DNA of 64,000 nt from Sphaerodactylus townsendi (taxonomy: Eukaryota). This document shows positions 1-12,860 of this stretch, piece after piece. The position numbers and the translations under genes are program-made. The notes beneath the pieces are model-generated. The model had not been told where the DNA came from and searched no databases. It worked only from the letters and a program-made list of their open reading frames with translations. The stretch is from contig NC_059439.1 of the NCBI RefSeq assembly GCF_021028975.2, forward strand, positions 20,770,001-20,834,000. The letters run 5' to 3'. Position 1 is the stretch's first letter; every line of letters begins with the position of its first letter.

Positions 1-914
1 GGCAAAATAATAAAAGTTACACACGCAATTGGGGTAAATGCACATGCACACAAGAATATTTGAACAATCCTAACATTTAGAAAGGGAGGGAGGATACATT
101 TTGGAATAGCGTGAGGTTGATGAGGGTGATAGTTACTAATCCAGAAGAGGAATGGTCTGAGAAGCAGAGTTCAATACCTGCATTGAGCTCAAAAGATGAG
201 GGTGAAAGCAGCTGGTATATGACACAACTGAACCAGAGTCTAGTTCCGGATGTGTTGTGCACTGACTGCAAGGTGGGAAGTCCTAATATAGGAAAATTTG
301 GCCCTCTGGCTATGAGAACTAATCTTCACCGATAAAGAAAGTTCTTGTCCTCCAGAACAAAATGATGAGGTAGATACTTGGCTTGATGACTCAAACCCAG
401 AGAGTCTCCAGAGACTGATTAGATTTGGGGTGGAATTGATTGAATCATAACTCTGGTGTCATAGTCTGGCCAGCAGCAGGCAGCAGGCAGTCTCAAGCAA
501 GGAAACATAGCATCATTCCAAGAGTTGTCGAATGGTCCAGTGTCAAAGCACAGAGAGTCACAGAGTCCAAATCAGAGTCCGAAAGTGTAGCTCAAGAAGC
601 AGTTTGAGGGTCAAGGTTTGAGGCAAGGTAACAGAGAGAGGATGGCAGGTGCATGAACAGGTCTGGAGCAGAACACAGCAAGATCCAGCAGAATTAGTAG
701 GGCCACATTCTTTCCTAGTTCTCAGTAGAGGTCATCATCCAAGGTGACCAAAGCAGTTTCTATTCTGAAGCACAATCTGAAGCAAGACTGAAAAGGGCCC
801 AACAAATCACTTTCTTCCAAGAACCCCTACAGCAGAGAAGCAACCACTCACTCTAACACCATAAGCAAGAATAGAAGAGTGAATACTGGTTGCAGGATCT
901 CCAATACAGTAGGA

Positions 915-1073
915 CCGTGGTGGCGAACCTTTGGCACTCCAGACGTTATGGACTACAATTCCCATCAGCCCCTTCCAGCATGGCCAATTGGTCCCAGCAT
1001 TGGCCATGCTGGCAGGGGCTGATGGGGAATTGTAGTCCATAACATCTGGAGTGCCAAAGGTTCGCCACCACTG
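915..1073. mobile_element. Palindromic hAT-type MITE
   Basis: Near-perfect fold-back; 8-bp TSD cagtagga. A related partial copy lies at ~61212-61318. Confidence 0.85.
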
Positions 1074-1546
1074 CAGTAGGACTTAGGGAGGATTCTCTCT
1101 TTCAGAATGGCTCTAAACATTGCCTTCTTGGCACAGGCAAAATCCTGCTCTCAAGGAAGTATTTACCACTCCCCTTCCCTCATCCCCATAGCATGCTTTA
1201 TGGGGTCTCCCTGTAGGCTCCTATCTTGTTGTCTCCTGGTGTCAGTGAGGATGAATGCTGTCAGGTGGGGTGGGGAGTGATGTCTGGAAAGCATATCCCT
1301 GGACAGTCCAAAATTGTGAAGGCTGAAGGTTGGCTTTTATTTATACCAGTAGGGACAAATATGGAAGGGGTTATTTGCACAATGATTTTCATCCAAAGCT
1401 ACTCACAAACAAACCCAAAAATTCACTGCAGCCATACATGGTTATTTTCCTTTAATTTATTCAATAACATATTTTTAAAAGAGTAAAGTTTGAGAAGGAT
1501 CTGTGGACTGTCAAAGGCAATTTGCTAAGCATGATAAATAATTTCC

Positions 1547-4500
1547 TCAATGTTTTTTCCTTTTGAGACTTTCCTTACTGTTCATTTTAGGCTTTAGCAC
1601 AATGATGTAACACTTGGGGAAAAACATGCAACTCAGCAACCCAGCACCAGAGGCTAAGATAGAAAAGGTCTCTGCTGCCACTGTGTATTTCCCTTTGGTG
1701 CTCAAGTAGGCAGGAACAAAGGACAGCCAAATGCTGCAGAAGATCAGCAGACTGAAAGTGATGAACTTAGCTTCATTGAAAGCATCTGGTAGCTTCCTGG
1801 CAAAGAAAGCCATGATAACACTGGCAATGACCATGAAGCTCAGGTAGACAGGGCTAGAGAACACCATATTCATTGACCCCTCATTACATTCCAGTATAAT
1901 TTCTTCCTCTACTGAATGCATGTCAGCATCTGGGAATGGGGGAGAGGTTGTCAGCCACACTGCACAAATGCCTACTTGGATAAAGGAACAAAAAATAACA
2001 ATGTAACTAGCTATTCCTTTCCCCACCCATTTCCTTATTCTAGACCCTGGCTTGATAGCCATGAATGCGAGAACCACAGTGGTAGTTTTGGCCAATATGC
2101 AAGAAACAGCTGTTGTGAAAAAGGTGCTAAGGGCAAAATGGCGGAGACATGTTACATATTTTGGTCGGCCAATGAATAATAATGAACAAAGGAAGCACAG
2201 CAGAAGGGAGATGAGAAGAATATAGGTGAGGTTCCTGTTATTGGCTTTAACTATGGGAGTGTTGTTGTGTTTCACAAATGTCCCTAGTATCAGAACAGTG
2301 ATCAAAGAAAATGTTAATGATCCAGTGGCTAGACCAATGCCCAAAGGTTCTTCGTAAGACAAGAAGGTTATAACTTTAGGGATGCATAAAGCGTGATCCT
2401 TATCTGGATAACGATCATCTGGGCATTTAAAACATTCCCCCGTGTCTGAAAAAGAAAAGTAGAGAAATATAAATAGGCAAGAATTGTACTCCATGACCTT
2501 GAGCCTACAGCTGCAAAGGCTGATGGTATCAGGCTGTGAGCATCTTAAAAAAAAACTGAAAATATTGCTTTTTGTCACAGTAGTTATATTAGCCAAACAA
2601 CACAGGCTAAATTATACACTTAACATGAGTAACACAAGCTAGCCTGTCAGCCAGATTCAAGATGGAACCTCAATATTCTTCAAGGCTTGTGTCCATACAA
2701 GTGAATCTTTTTTTAAGCAAACCCTCACATTGTTATGCTGGGTTGCCAAGAACCATTACAGGCCATTAGAAAAAAAAAGATTCCCTTTAGACCACACTCC
2801 CTCAAAAGCACAACTTAGCTTCAGCCAAAATGTCATAAGAAACTAAACCACACCACTTTTCTAGATCAACACCCTTGAGTAATGGCTCCAGAAGTATGTT
2901 CTCCTAGCCATTTTCTCTCTTGACAGCCTATGGAACAGCAACCCACATTTCAACTATCAGCAAAAAAATGACCTTGTAGCAATAGATCAAAAAATCTCAT
3001 ATGTTTCTCCCAATAATTTTGAAGGCACTGCACTCTCACCATTTGGGCCAGATACCATCCCATCTGGACATGGAGTGCAATCGTAGCAGCAGAACGGCTT
3101 CCCTTCTTGCTTTTTCTTCCTATACCCTGGATAACAATTGTCATTACACACAGAAAGGGGCTGTACCTAATACATGGATGAAAGAGGGAAAGGTTACTCT
3201 TCAGATATTAGAATCTTTAAATTTCAGGAGAGAACTTCTGGCATGTAATCAGATCATCCGGGTTTTTTTTCTAGCATCATGGGTAGCACTATTGAGTCAC
3301 ACAATGGTTACCTTCAGATTAGACTACTATAACGTACTGTATATAGAGCTATCCCTGAAGACACTTAAAAAAACTGCAATTGGTCCGGAGCACAGCAGCT
3401 AGACTGCTAACCAGATGGTTGGTCCTGGTTGGTTCATATAACTCCACTCTTGCAGCAACTGCACTCCCAATTAGGTTCTGATACCAGTGCAAGGTGGTGT
3501 ATGGTATTTAATTAACCAAGAGAATTGGTGAACTTTCCAGATTGGTTCCAGAGCTGATGACCAATTGAATTTCAGTTTGAATTGGTTTTATGGTATTGAT
3601 TTGTATGTATCTATTTTAAGTTCTAATGCTACATTGTGTGTGTTGAAGACTGCCTTGAATCCACCACTGAGGAAAGGGTGTCAGTTATCAATCAATCAAA
3701 TGAACGAACCAACCAACCAACCAACCAACCAACCAACGAACAAGTCTAGTGACTTGTTTGCATATGGTATGTGGGTTGGAACTGGAAGAGAGTAAAAGAG
3801 CCTAGCTAAAATCTTTGTCTGTGGGCCTACAAGGAGAATATTTAGTATTTTTACCCTACTCTTCTCTACCTGAAGGAGTTTCAAAGTGGCTTACAATCAC
3901 CTTCCATTCCCCCTCCCAACACACACACAGCAGGCATCTTGTGAGGTAGGTGGGGCTGAGAGAGTTATGACAGAACTATGGCTTGCCCAAGGTCACCTGG
4001 CAGGCTTTATATGGAGGAATGGGGAAACAAATTCTGTTCACCAGATTAGAGTCCATTGTTAACTACTACACCACACTGGATTTTTGGAAGTCTTGATGAT
4101 AGTATTTTTTTAATGTTAGAAATTGTTGCACATTTATGCATTTAATATGTTATTCATGGAAAAAAACAGAGAAAATAATCCTCAGGCAAAAACTACACCT
4201 CCGCATACCCCCTTGCTTTATAAATCAGCACATTTCTGAAAGTGTCTTTGGTCAAGTCTTACCTGGTTAAACCAGCTGTGCCATGTAATGGCATTTTCAT
4301 TAATGGTGAGCATTTGGTCTGCAGGAGCCTTCGGATTTGTACTTCCAACTTTCACTTTAAGAAAGGACTGGTTGGGGAATATGAGCCAATTGATGACATC
4401 AAATCCTGCCACCACATTCCTGTTCTTGTCAAAAGAAATGTTGTCCCCAGCACTGTTGTTAAATGAGACTCGTCTCAGAAAGTAGTCGAGCTGGATTCAA

Positions 4501-7500
4501 AAGGCAAATAAGGTAAACTGAACCTTTCCCTCTGATTTAGAAATAGCTGCCCTTGGTAGCTATCAACTTCACTTTTTACTGCATGTGATAGCATCAACCT
4601 TCATTTTTATGGTATTCATTTTCAATTATTATTCAGCTTCCCATTAAGTCAACAAAATATTCAAGTATGCTACTAGAACCGTACAAACACACTGATATGA
4701 ACACTCAGAGCCATGTGTCAATGGGTGTTCACAGAATGTAGATTCTCTAAATGGTGATATATTCCATTCCCAACATATCCACTCTAAAATGAATGAAAGG
4801 GAATCCAGGGTGAATATTTCCTCTGGAAACCTGGGCCCTTCTCAGTCTGCCTGTTAGCTATAGTTCCTTGCAAAGAAACTGGCTTTCAAGTGTTGTCTTA
4901 AAATAATTTTCAGATTTCCCCACCCATGTTTCCTCAAGGAACTTCCATGTCAATTACAAACTGAGTGCATTTGCTTTCCACTCCAGGCCCACTCAGATGA
5001 GGAAGTCAGGGCAGTGTACATGGGTATGATGACAGAAGCTACATCTGTGTTTTATTGAATAAGCACCAAAATCAATGGGTAAAAAAGGAATTGCCTATAA
5101 AATGGAAGAGGGAGAAGAGGAAGAAGTGATGTTTTCTTGGGAAAGGGGGGTGATCAAAAGTTTCACAGGGAATAAGTAAACCAGGAAAAGTTCTGGTGGG
5201 TTGATGACATGAGGTCACCTTGACCCTGTGTTTCAAGTAAGTTGGATCCAGGGGTTCAATTCCATAGGTCCTTCAACATGGAGCCCTTGACTTTCTACTA
5301 GCCTTCTGTGTTTCCAATGGGGGAAAATCCCATGCTTTCTCCGGGGCAAAGAAGTCAATAGACAAACACACAGGAGCAATCAGTGGCCCAAAGCTTCCAA
5401 ATACAAACAGAATCAATAAGCCCAACAGAATCAAATACAAACAGAATCAATAAGCCCAACGAGTGTCCAGCCACAGAAACCAAGTCAAACCAGCTTAGAC
5501 AATGGTTACAGGTACTGAGGTACAAGCCCAATGTAACTAACATCACACTAGAGAATCCAAGTCAAAGCAGCTCAGAAGAGGATCACTGTTGCCAGTCCAA
5601 TGTAATCAACATCAAACCAGAGAATCCAATCAGCATGACTGGACAAGCAATTCTAGTGATCCACATAATATCTGATCCCGTTGCTTAGGAGAGCTGCCTC
5701 CTTCTCTCACTCCCATTTCCAGGGAAGCCTTCTAACTTTGACAAAAAACAGGTCTGGGACCCTTAAAATAGCTGGCCAAGATTTTCCCAATATTTCTAGA
5801 AATATTTCTAGAAATTCTCTTTAAGACCTCAACATTGGTATTCTGAGAATCCCAAATACTGCTCTAGATATCAAAAAAATACCAGTTAATGGTTGTTGTT
5901 TTTCTCAGATGCATATCTGGACCAGAAACATCCTAATATACATCCCTGCATAACATTCACCTTAGATTGGAAGCAAGAATCAAGAGAAGGGAAAAATATT
6001 CTTCCTAGCTTAAGACTTGGGAAATTTGCCAACTAACAACCACACAGTTAATACATCAACCAGCTGTAGGGTTGCCTACCTCCAGGCTATGGCTGGAGAT
6101 CTCCCACTATTACAACTGATCTCCGCGTATTAGAGATCAGTTCATCTGGAGAAAATAGCTGCTTTGGAAAGTAGATACCATGGCACTGCACCCCATTGAA
6201 GTCCCTCCCCTCGGCAAACTCTGCCTTCCTCAGGCTCCGCCCCCAAAATCTCCAGGTATTTTCTAACCAGGAGCAGGCAACCCTCACCAGCTGTCAGGTT
6301 TAGGTATTCAGATCATGACCTCCCACAACTGGTGATTGTGAAGCTTTGTCCTCGCTCCATCCATTGTTGCTCTGCGTCGAGAGTTGGGGGAATACATGGC
6401 ATGTAAAGCATGGGCCACAGCATAAACAGCATTGTAGAGGTTGCAGCCATGACCAGTGATCATTTCAAAGATATGCTGAGGGAGGCTTCCCAGTCTCTCC
6501 TCTCCAGTGCAATTCTTCATGCTCATATTGCCCAGAATAGAGTCTGGAACAGCACAGTCAAATGCATACGACCAGAAATCCCTGATAAAACTATCCTCCT
6601 TGACACCTGAAGGCTTTCTAGTCTTCAAAAACTTTTGGAAACCATGAAGTTCTCTGGACTGAATGGCCATAGATATAGCTCCATGCAAAGTTTGTATATC
6701 CAGATTCCTTTCACTGGGAAAGAATTTTATCTCCGTCTGGGCTGTCAGAATCCACACTTTACCTTTTGGCTTCTGTGTGATGTGTTTATTTTTTAACCAA
6801 CTTAGCAACCATCTGAAAAACATCATGGAATTACTGTCTCCATAGAAGATGAGTACCTTGGCTGTTTTGTTCATAAGGACATAATGCAATTCCAACAACC
6901 ATATCCCAATGTTTTCCCAGTTACTAGCAACAATTAAACTGGGACAGGATTCTATGAAAGAAAAACAGATGCCATGTTGGGAAAAGACTGGGTACACCAT
7001 CTGCACAAACCATTCTGTATTCCCACCAACCACATCGAGGAATCCAATCCATGTCCACTTGAAATGGAGAAGTAATTGGAGAATCCCCATGAACTGATGG
7101 GTTTCAGTTGGGGCCATCTGGAAGAAGGAAGGGACTTGGGTATCATCAAACATCACAGGAGAAGAACCGTACAAGAGCTAAGAGATAGTTTTTTAGAAAA
7201 AGAAAAAGAAAATGTAGGTATTAAAAGCGTATGTACTCAATGGTGCAGTGTAAACAATACATCTAATTTTCAGGATGGCCCCATCAAAGACTGAACGTAA
7301 GAAAAGAAAAGACAATGCCCTTGATTTGCATTTAAAACACACACACACTGGAGGGTTAATCCTCTTCCTGCCTAATAAAATAATAGAAGCCGCAAGTAGC
7401 TGTCATTTGCTGCCTGATTCTGTATGTAGCCTTTTTCGAGGAGGTTTCTCGAGCTGGTAATAAACTAAACTGTTCCTTCCCTGTGTGAGAGTTACCTGTG

Positions 7501-10500
7501 AGGTAGTACTTCTTTGACAGCTTCAATAATATATGAAGATGGTTAGTGTGTAGTAGAACTTATTGTCTTAAAGACCGGATCTTAAGAAAGGACCGGTTGA
7601 TTATCTCCAGTCCTTTTTCGGATGTGGCATGTGCATTCTGTTATTTTTGTGCTCCCATGTTGGGATGCTTTTACGCCATCTGTGTATCTGTTTTTTAAAA
7701 CTTATTTATTAATGAGGTTTTATATCTTTATATTTTTAGTATTTTTTGCATTTATTTGACTGTTTTATTGTAAGCCGCCTTGATTCTTAGAGATATGGTG
7801 GGATATAAATAAACAAACAAACAAGCTAGCTAGCTAACTAGAGGTACTTCTTGACCTTTACGTATGTACAAAAATCTGTTACCAACTTTTCTTATGAATA
7901 TGGCCTGAGCCACTCTGCAGATGATCTTTGACAGACCAATGAATCAAGGTATAAACTGGTATTGTGCATCCACATGTACTCGATCTTGTAAATAAAACAT
8001 ATACTGTGGAGAGAAAACTTGCAGTCCTTTGTCTCCTCCAAAGGAGAATGAACCAAGCAATTCTTTTCAATATGAAAGAATTGTACACATTATTTACACT
8101 TAAGATAGAGATTTTTGTCTACAAGCAAACAGCAAATTGTTCAAGATCACATGACATGTGCCCCACTTTGTTTCCATACTGCAAAGTCACATCTGGAAGG
8201 AAAGGGACAGTGCATCCCATGTACATCATGTTGCCCTACCCTTCATACCCTGCCTTATTAAAATATGGATTTAATAGGATTTTCCTGCAACATGTACTGA
8301 CAAATGCCAGCAATCATGTGTGTGTAGCAGAATGTCCAAACCAAATATGATATTAATATAGGCCAAATGTGCAGAAAGACCTGTTAGCAAGATTAAATCA
8401 TTGAATGAGTTACTCCAGTTAGCCGAGACTAGAAGCCTCATGGACATGTATCTTGATTACCACACGCCGCCAAGGTTGCTGCAACACAAAGGACCTAGGA
8501 AACACCCTGTCACAAGGTTTTTGCATCTCCCTGGCTTTAGCAACAATCTCCTTGACAATGGATCCTTTCCTAATAATGCACACCTCAGCCAAATCTGAAT
8601 ACCTGAACAGGGACTCTTAAAAGAAACTCTGCATAAGCCATTCAAGGCTACCCCTGATTCAATCACAGGACAATTGGCTCAATAGTCCCGATACTTAGAA
8701 AACAATAGATGAGATATTAATCAGCTCAAACCAGCGATCCAAGCATGGTAACCCAAAAAATCTATGAAGAGAACTTCCTTACTCCTGCCCCAAACTGTGC
8801 TAAGGGGTATAAAAGTACAGTGCACCCCAAGCTCAGCACTCCTTACTAGCCTGAACCTCTCTTGTGTCAAGTTGGTTTTGAGTCACGATATATTGTCCTT
8901 CACTTGGATTCACATGCTGGTCATATGAATCCTTGCCTTCTTAAAGAACTTCTCAGCTAAACCAAGGTAACGTATAAGTTCCCGCTACCCTTCCTAATCT
9001 TTCATCCAAACTTATTTTTCCACCCTTTTTATATCCCTGTGTGTAAGCTTCTCTATGTCTCACCGTGTGAATATTTTTGCCAAAAACTTATAAAAATATT
9101 TTAATTCAATTTGGTCTCCTTTGTATTCTCTGTGGAACGTTTCAAGCCATTTTCTGGTACAGTTGTTATAAAGATCCCACCGCCAGCCTACCTCTCGCTA
9201 CCAAGCCGAGTTATTCCCCATCGCAATTTAAAAATGTTTCTAACTGTTGAGCTAGCGTAACAATCATACCTGTGGAACCTTGTAGATGTCCAAAACATCT
9301 GCTACATACTGGGATGTTTCTGAGCCAGATCCCTCAAGGATAGCGACGACTTTGTCTTGGATGTTACACTTATAGTTGGGTATGAATCTGTTCCTCATGG
9401 ACACAAGTTGCATTGCAGCATGGTAGGTCCCCCTTGCATTCAAATAGCCATCGTAGATATTAAATCCCAGTGTGATGTTAGGCAGAATCTGCAGATTTTC
9501 GTTTATTTCCTTTATTGCAAAAACCAAAGCCAGTACGTGCTGGTAGTTCTGTGTAGTTATGCTATCCCCCCCCCCAAAAAAAATTGTTTAAATTATTTGT
9601 CACAAACATATTTTTATTTATATTTATTTAGGATACATATATACAGAGAGAGAGTTATCCTTCCCTTTGTGTAGCATCTAGACTTGAGGCCAGTAGCACC
9701 TCAGAGACTATTAAAATGTTCAGGGTGTAAGCTTTCAGGATTCAAATGTCCCTTCACTGGATACCATTTTATATAATATGCATCCTTTTCATTATAATCA
9801 TTCACACAATTTTTCAAGATGAAGCCAGCCTTGTCCAGTATGGTGTGCCTATGAATGCACTAATACATGTGGAATGGCCAGATTTTGGAAGATAAACAGG
9901 ATAGGTATTTGAATTGGAAACCACCAAGAAAGACTCTGCAGACAAAGGCAATAGAGAACCGTCTCTGCTTCTTGTTTCCTTGAAAACCCCTTGCTGGGAT
10001 TTTGTGACTTAATGGCACATACCTCCATAACAGCAGTTCTCAGAATCTGATTGCAGCAGGGCAATGCTGTGCAGAGTTCTGAGTCTATTGGCTTTGATGA
10101 ACTCAGAAGGGTGTAACTGCGTAAAATTATTCTGCAGATCTGCTAACTCAGAAAGGTATATATTTCAGGCATATATTTTTTTCTAGAGCACCCCATCAGA
10201 AAGTCCTACTGTGTGCATTTGCAAGATCTCCAAATGAATGGACCTGATCAAAGAATATTCTTCTGCCCCTTAAAGTGATTACCTGGCACCTATCATACCA
10301 TTTTGTGCAAAGAATCCAGTATGGACAGGTGCAGATTGGATGGTTGAGACTCCAAAGTGGAGGAACAGTTGGAGTAGGTTTAGAACCAGCACTGAGTTTC
10401 AAACATGCACTTTATTTTCAAATATTACAGTCAACTGGACCTCTGGTGTAAGAGGGTTTCTTTCTTGAACTGTCTACTTTTTTACCCATTAACAAATTAT

Positions 10501-11034
10501 ATAAAAAATAAATGATTTGCTATGTTATGGTTCTGAGGCTGCAAATCCTATCACTCAGTTTACTCATCCAGCTGAATCCACGAGACCCCTGTGAAAGTCC
10601 TACCTCTTACATTTCTATAATGCACTTCAAGGACAACCGAATTACAAAATTACATCTTTGAGAATCATACTAGCAGAAAGGAACAGAGGTGCCGGGCTAA
10701 ATGCAGCTTAAACCCTTACTGCCTGAATCACTGCATTCGCCTATCCATATGATTGTTTTCTTAGTGAAGATAACCTATAGAATGTAGGTGGGGGTAGAGT
10801 TCATCAAAATCCTTACATCCATTTTTCGGATAGTATTCCAGTCGGTTGTTCTCTGAAGGATTTTGGAGTTGTGATGACGGACGTCTGAGAAAGAATGCCA
10901 CCGACTATGAGATCTCCTGGTTGGTAATATTTGTGAAGAATTGGATAAGGGTCCCATACGTCACATTTGATGCCCTGAGTCTTGCTCACCATGTGAGGCA
11001 GGAGCAACACAATGGCCACTGCTATCATCCCCAT
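1547..11034 (-). CDS. V2R-A, vomeronasal type-2 receptor (class C GPCR), 6 coding exons: complement(join(1547..2445,3040..3166,4263..4490,6320..7177,9270..9561,10817..11034)), ~873 aa
   Basis: All junctions are GT-AG. Exon sizes 218/292/858/228/127/899 sum to 2622 nt with no internal stop. Contains signal peptide + [50 protein letters not shown], cysteine-rich CCYDC.PCP, and 7TM with [41 protein letters not shown]. Confidence 0.93.
3707..3740. repeat. (AACC)n microsatellite
   Basis: Direct observation. Confidence 0.9.
3846..4078 (-). mobile_element. tRNA-derived SINE (Squam3-like)
   Basis: tRNA A/B-box head and ctcagccccacctacctcac core. Confidence 0.75.
6067..6285. mobile_element. hAT-type MITE (TAGGGTTGCC termini)
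   Basis: tagggttgcc...ggcaaccctc with 8-bp TSD accagctg. Confidence 0.85.
8323..9245 (+). mobile_element. Possible solo LTR in V2R-A intron 2
   Basis: Starts TGTAG; internal TATAAAA at ~8808; LTR-like composition. CA end and TSD not confirmed. Confidence 0.3.
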
Positions 11035-12551
11035 TCTGAGTATGGGTTCTCTCTCTGACTCCTGTATTTGCCTCTATGGCACCCTCACTAAGGTCTCCAG
11101 GATTGTTGTGACTTGACTTGAATGTTTGGTCCATCTGCTGAAAAGCTGGAGGCTTTCAAACTGATGTATCTTTGCCTATGCTTCATCCCTGCCCTTGCTT
11201 TGCCCTGGAAGAGCTTATATTTGTAGCCTCCTTCACCATCTTTCTGTGTCATTTTTGTTATTGGATGGTGGAGCTCAACAAGAAATCTTCAGACTGACAG
11301 AATAAATTACAGCCCTTGAAGTAATCTCAGGGGGCTCAGGTCAAAGTTGTGTACTGTCTGTGGCATTGCTGATGTTGTACTAAACTATTAGCTTCCTCTT
11401 AGTTGGATAGTCATGATCAACAGCAAAGCCAGCAATTAGGCCTCTCTCTGGCATCAGAGTGGCATCAGTGTTTGTACTGTCCTGCTTGAGGATTAAACTT
11501 TGTTAATGGCTGTAATATGTTGCTTTTTCATTAGCACCAGGCTTTCCAACTACCTCTGCAACCTTCAGAAAAGCAGAAAGTTCATAATTTCACTTCCTTT
11601 GGACAGCTATTTATGTGGTAGTTCTTGGTATTCTAGATGGCTGCCACAACTAGGCATTTTAGAAACTACACAGCAGGCACAGTTGCCATGTTAACATTAT
11701 GTGCTGGAGTTGAGATGTATAAAGTGTATGGGCATTATAAAAATATCTGTAAGAATGCTGGGTTCTCCTCCTTTCCCACAGGATCATGGCAAATAAAACT
11801 GTGTTGGAATGATCTCCCCAACTCTTGCTTGATACAGTTTTAACTCTGCCACTCCAACTTTATCTCCAATGACGTTGCATGAGACTGGTTTAATACTACT
11901 GTATTTTATCCTCCTTTGTTCCTTTGAATCTATAATACATGTTAGGTACTCAAAACTCTTTCTAGCCTTTTACATTGTCTCAAAAAGCATTTTGAGGGTG
12001 GTAGAATTAGTGGATAAAGGAATGGATAGCTGCTTATCCACAGTTTTATGTGATTCAGGAAGTGAATATGGACCTATTTCCTGTATGGAAGATTCAGTTG
12101 AGGGGGAGGAGCCTAAGCCCTGTAAAAGGAAGAATTCAAGAATGAAGGGAATAGAACAGGGATAACTGGGCATTTCTGAAGGACCTACCAGTCATTTATT
12201 GATATCTTAGACAGCCCAGACTCATGGACCAGAGCAAGGGCAAGATGGATGCCAAATCTTAGTTCAAGGGCTTTGATATCAAGAGGGTTTGCCTGACATG
12301 ACATCAGTCACTTGTCCTCCTAAGTCAAGAATACATAGCATCAGTCAATGCCTTCCCTGAAGGCTCAGCCACTTAAACCTGGATAACAAGTTTGACTTAG
12401 GAATGGGGTTATGGTGGTCTTTTCTTTGCATTTCTGCTTGAGCAAAAACTCCAGTACTTGTGGAACTTTTTTTGCTAGATCCAACCCCTTGTGTTTTAGA
12501 GCTGCAGATAGGCCAACAAAACCATTAGGGATTATCATACTCTCTGTACAA

Positions 12552-12860
12552 TCTTCCCTCCCATTTGAATTTCCATAGTCAAAAAGGTCTTTTTTTCCTC
12601 CATTATTTATCTAGGAGAGCATATTTTCTCCTCTGGGAACTACCATTGCTAGAGCTAAACTACAATGCCTAACAATGCCCTTTGGTGGCTAACTTTGCAA
12701 GCAACTGTCTTCTAAGAACCATCTTTGCTCCACAGATTTTGGGAAACCACCCTTTCACATGTTTAAAGATGTGTATGTTCCCTGTTAGACACTGGCAAGA
12801 AAAATACAGAATCTCATCTGAACTTATGCAACAGAAGAATTCAGTTGTACTGAAGGTAAG
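12552..12860 (+). promoter_or_regulatory. Putative promoter and non-coding first exon of OR-1 (donor after 12855)
   Basis: Aligns with 20488-20795 (tcttccctcccatttgaat; aacaatgccctttggtggct; ggcaagaaaa.tacag); ends in aag|gtaaga donor. Confidence 0.6.

Noticed and set aside
9675-9765. Second Penelope-type fragment with possible hammerhead on - strand (..gaagggacatttgaatcctGAAAgctta)
   Set aside because: The CUGANGA core is destroyed (ccagtga); at best a dead remnant.
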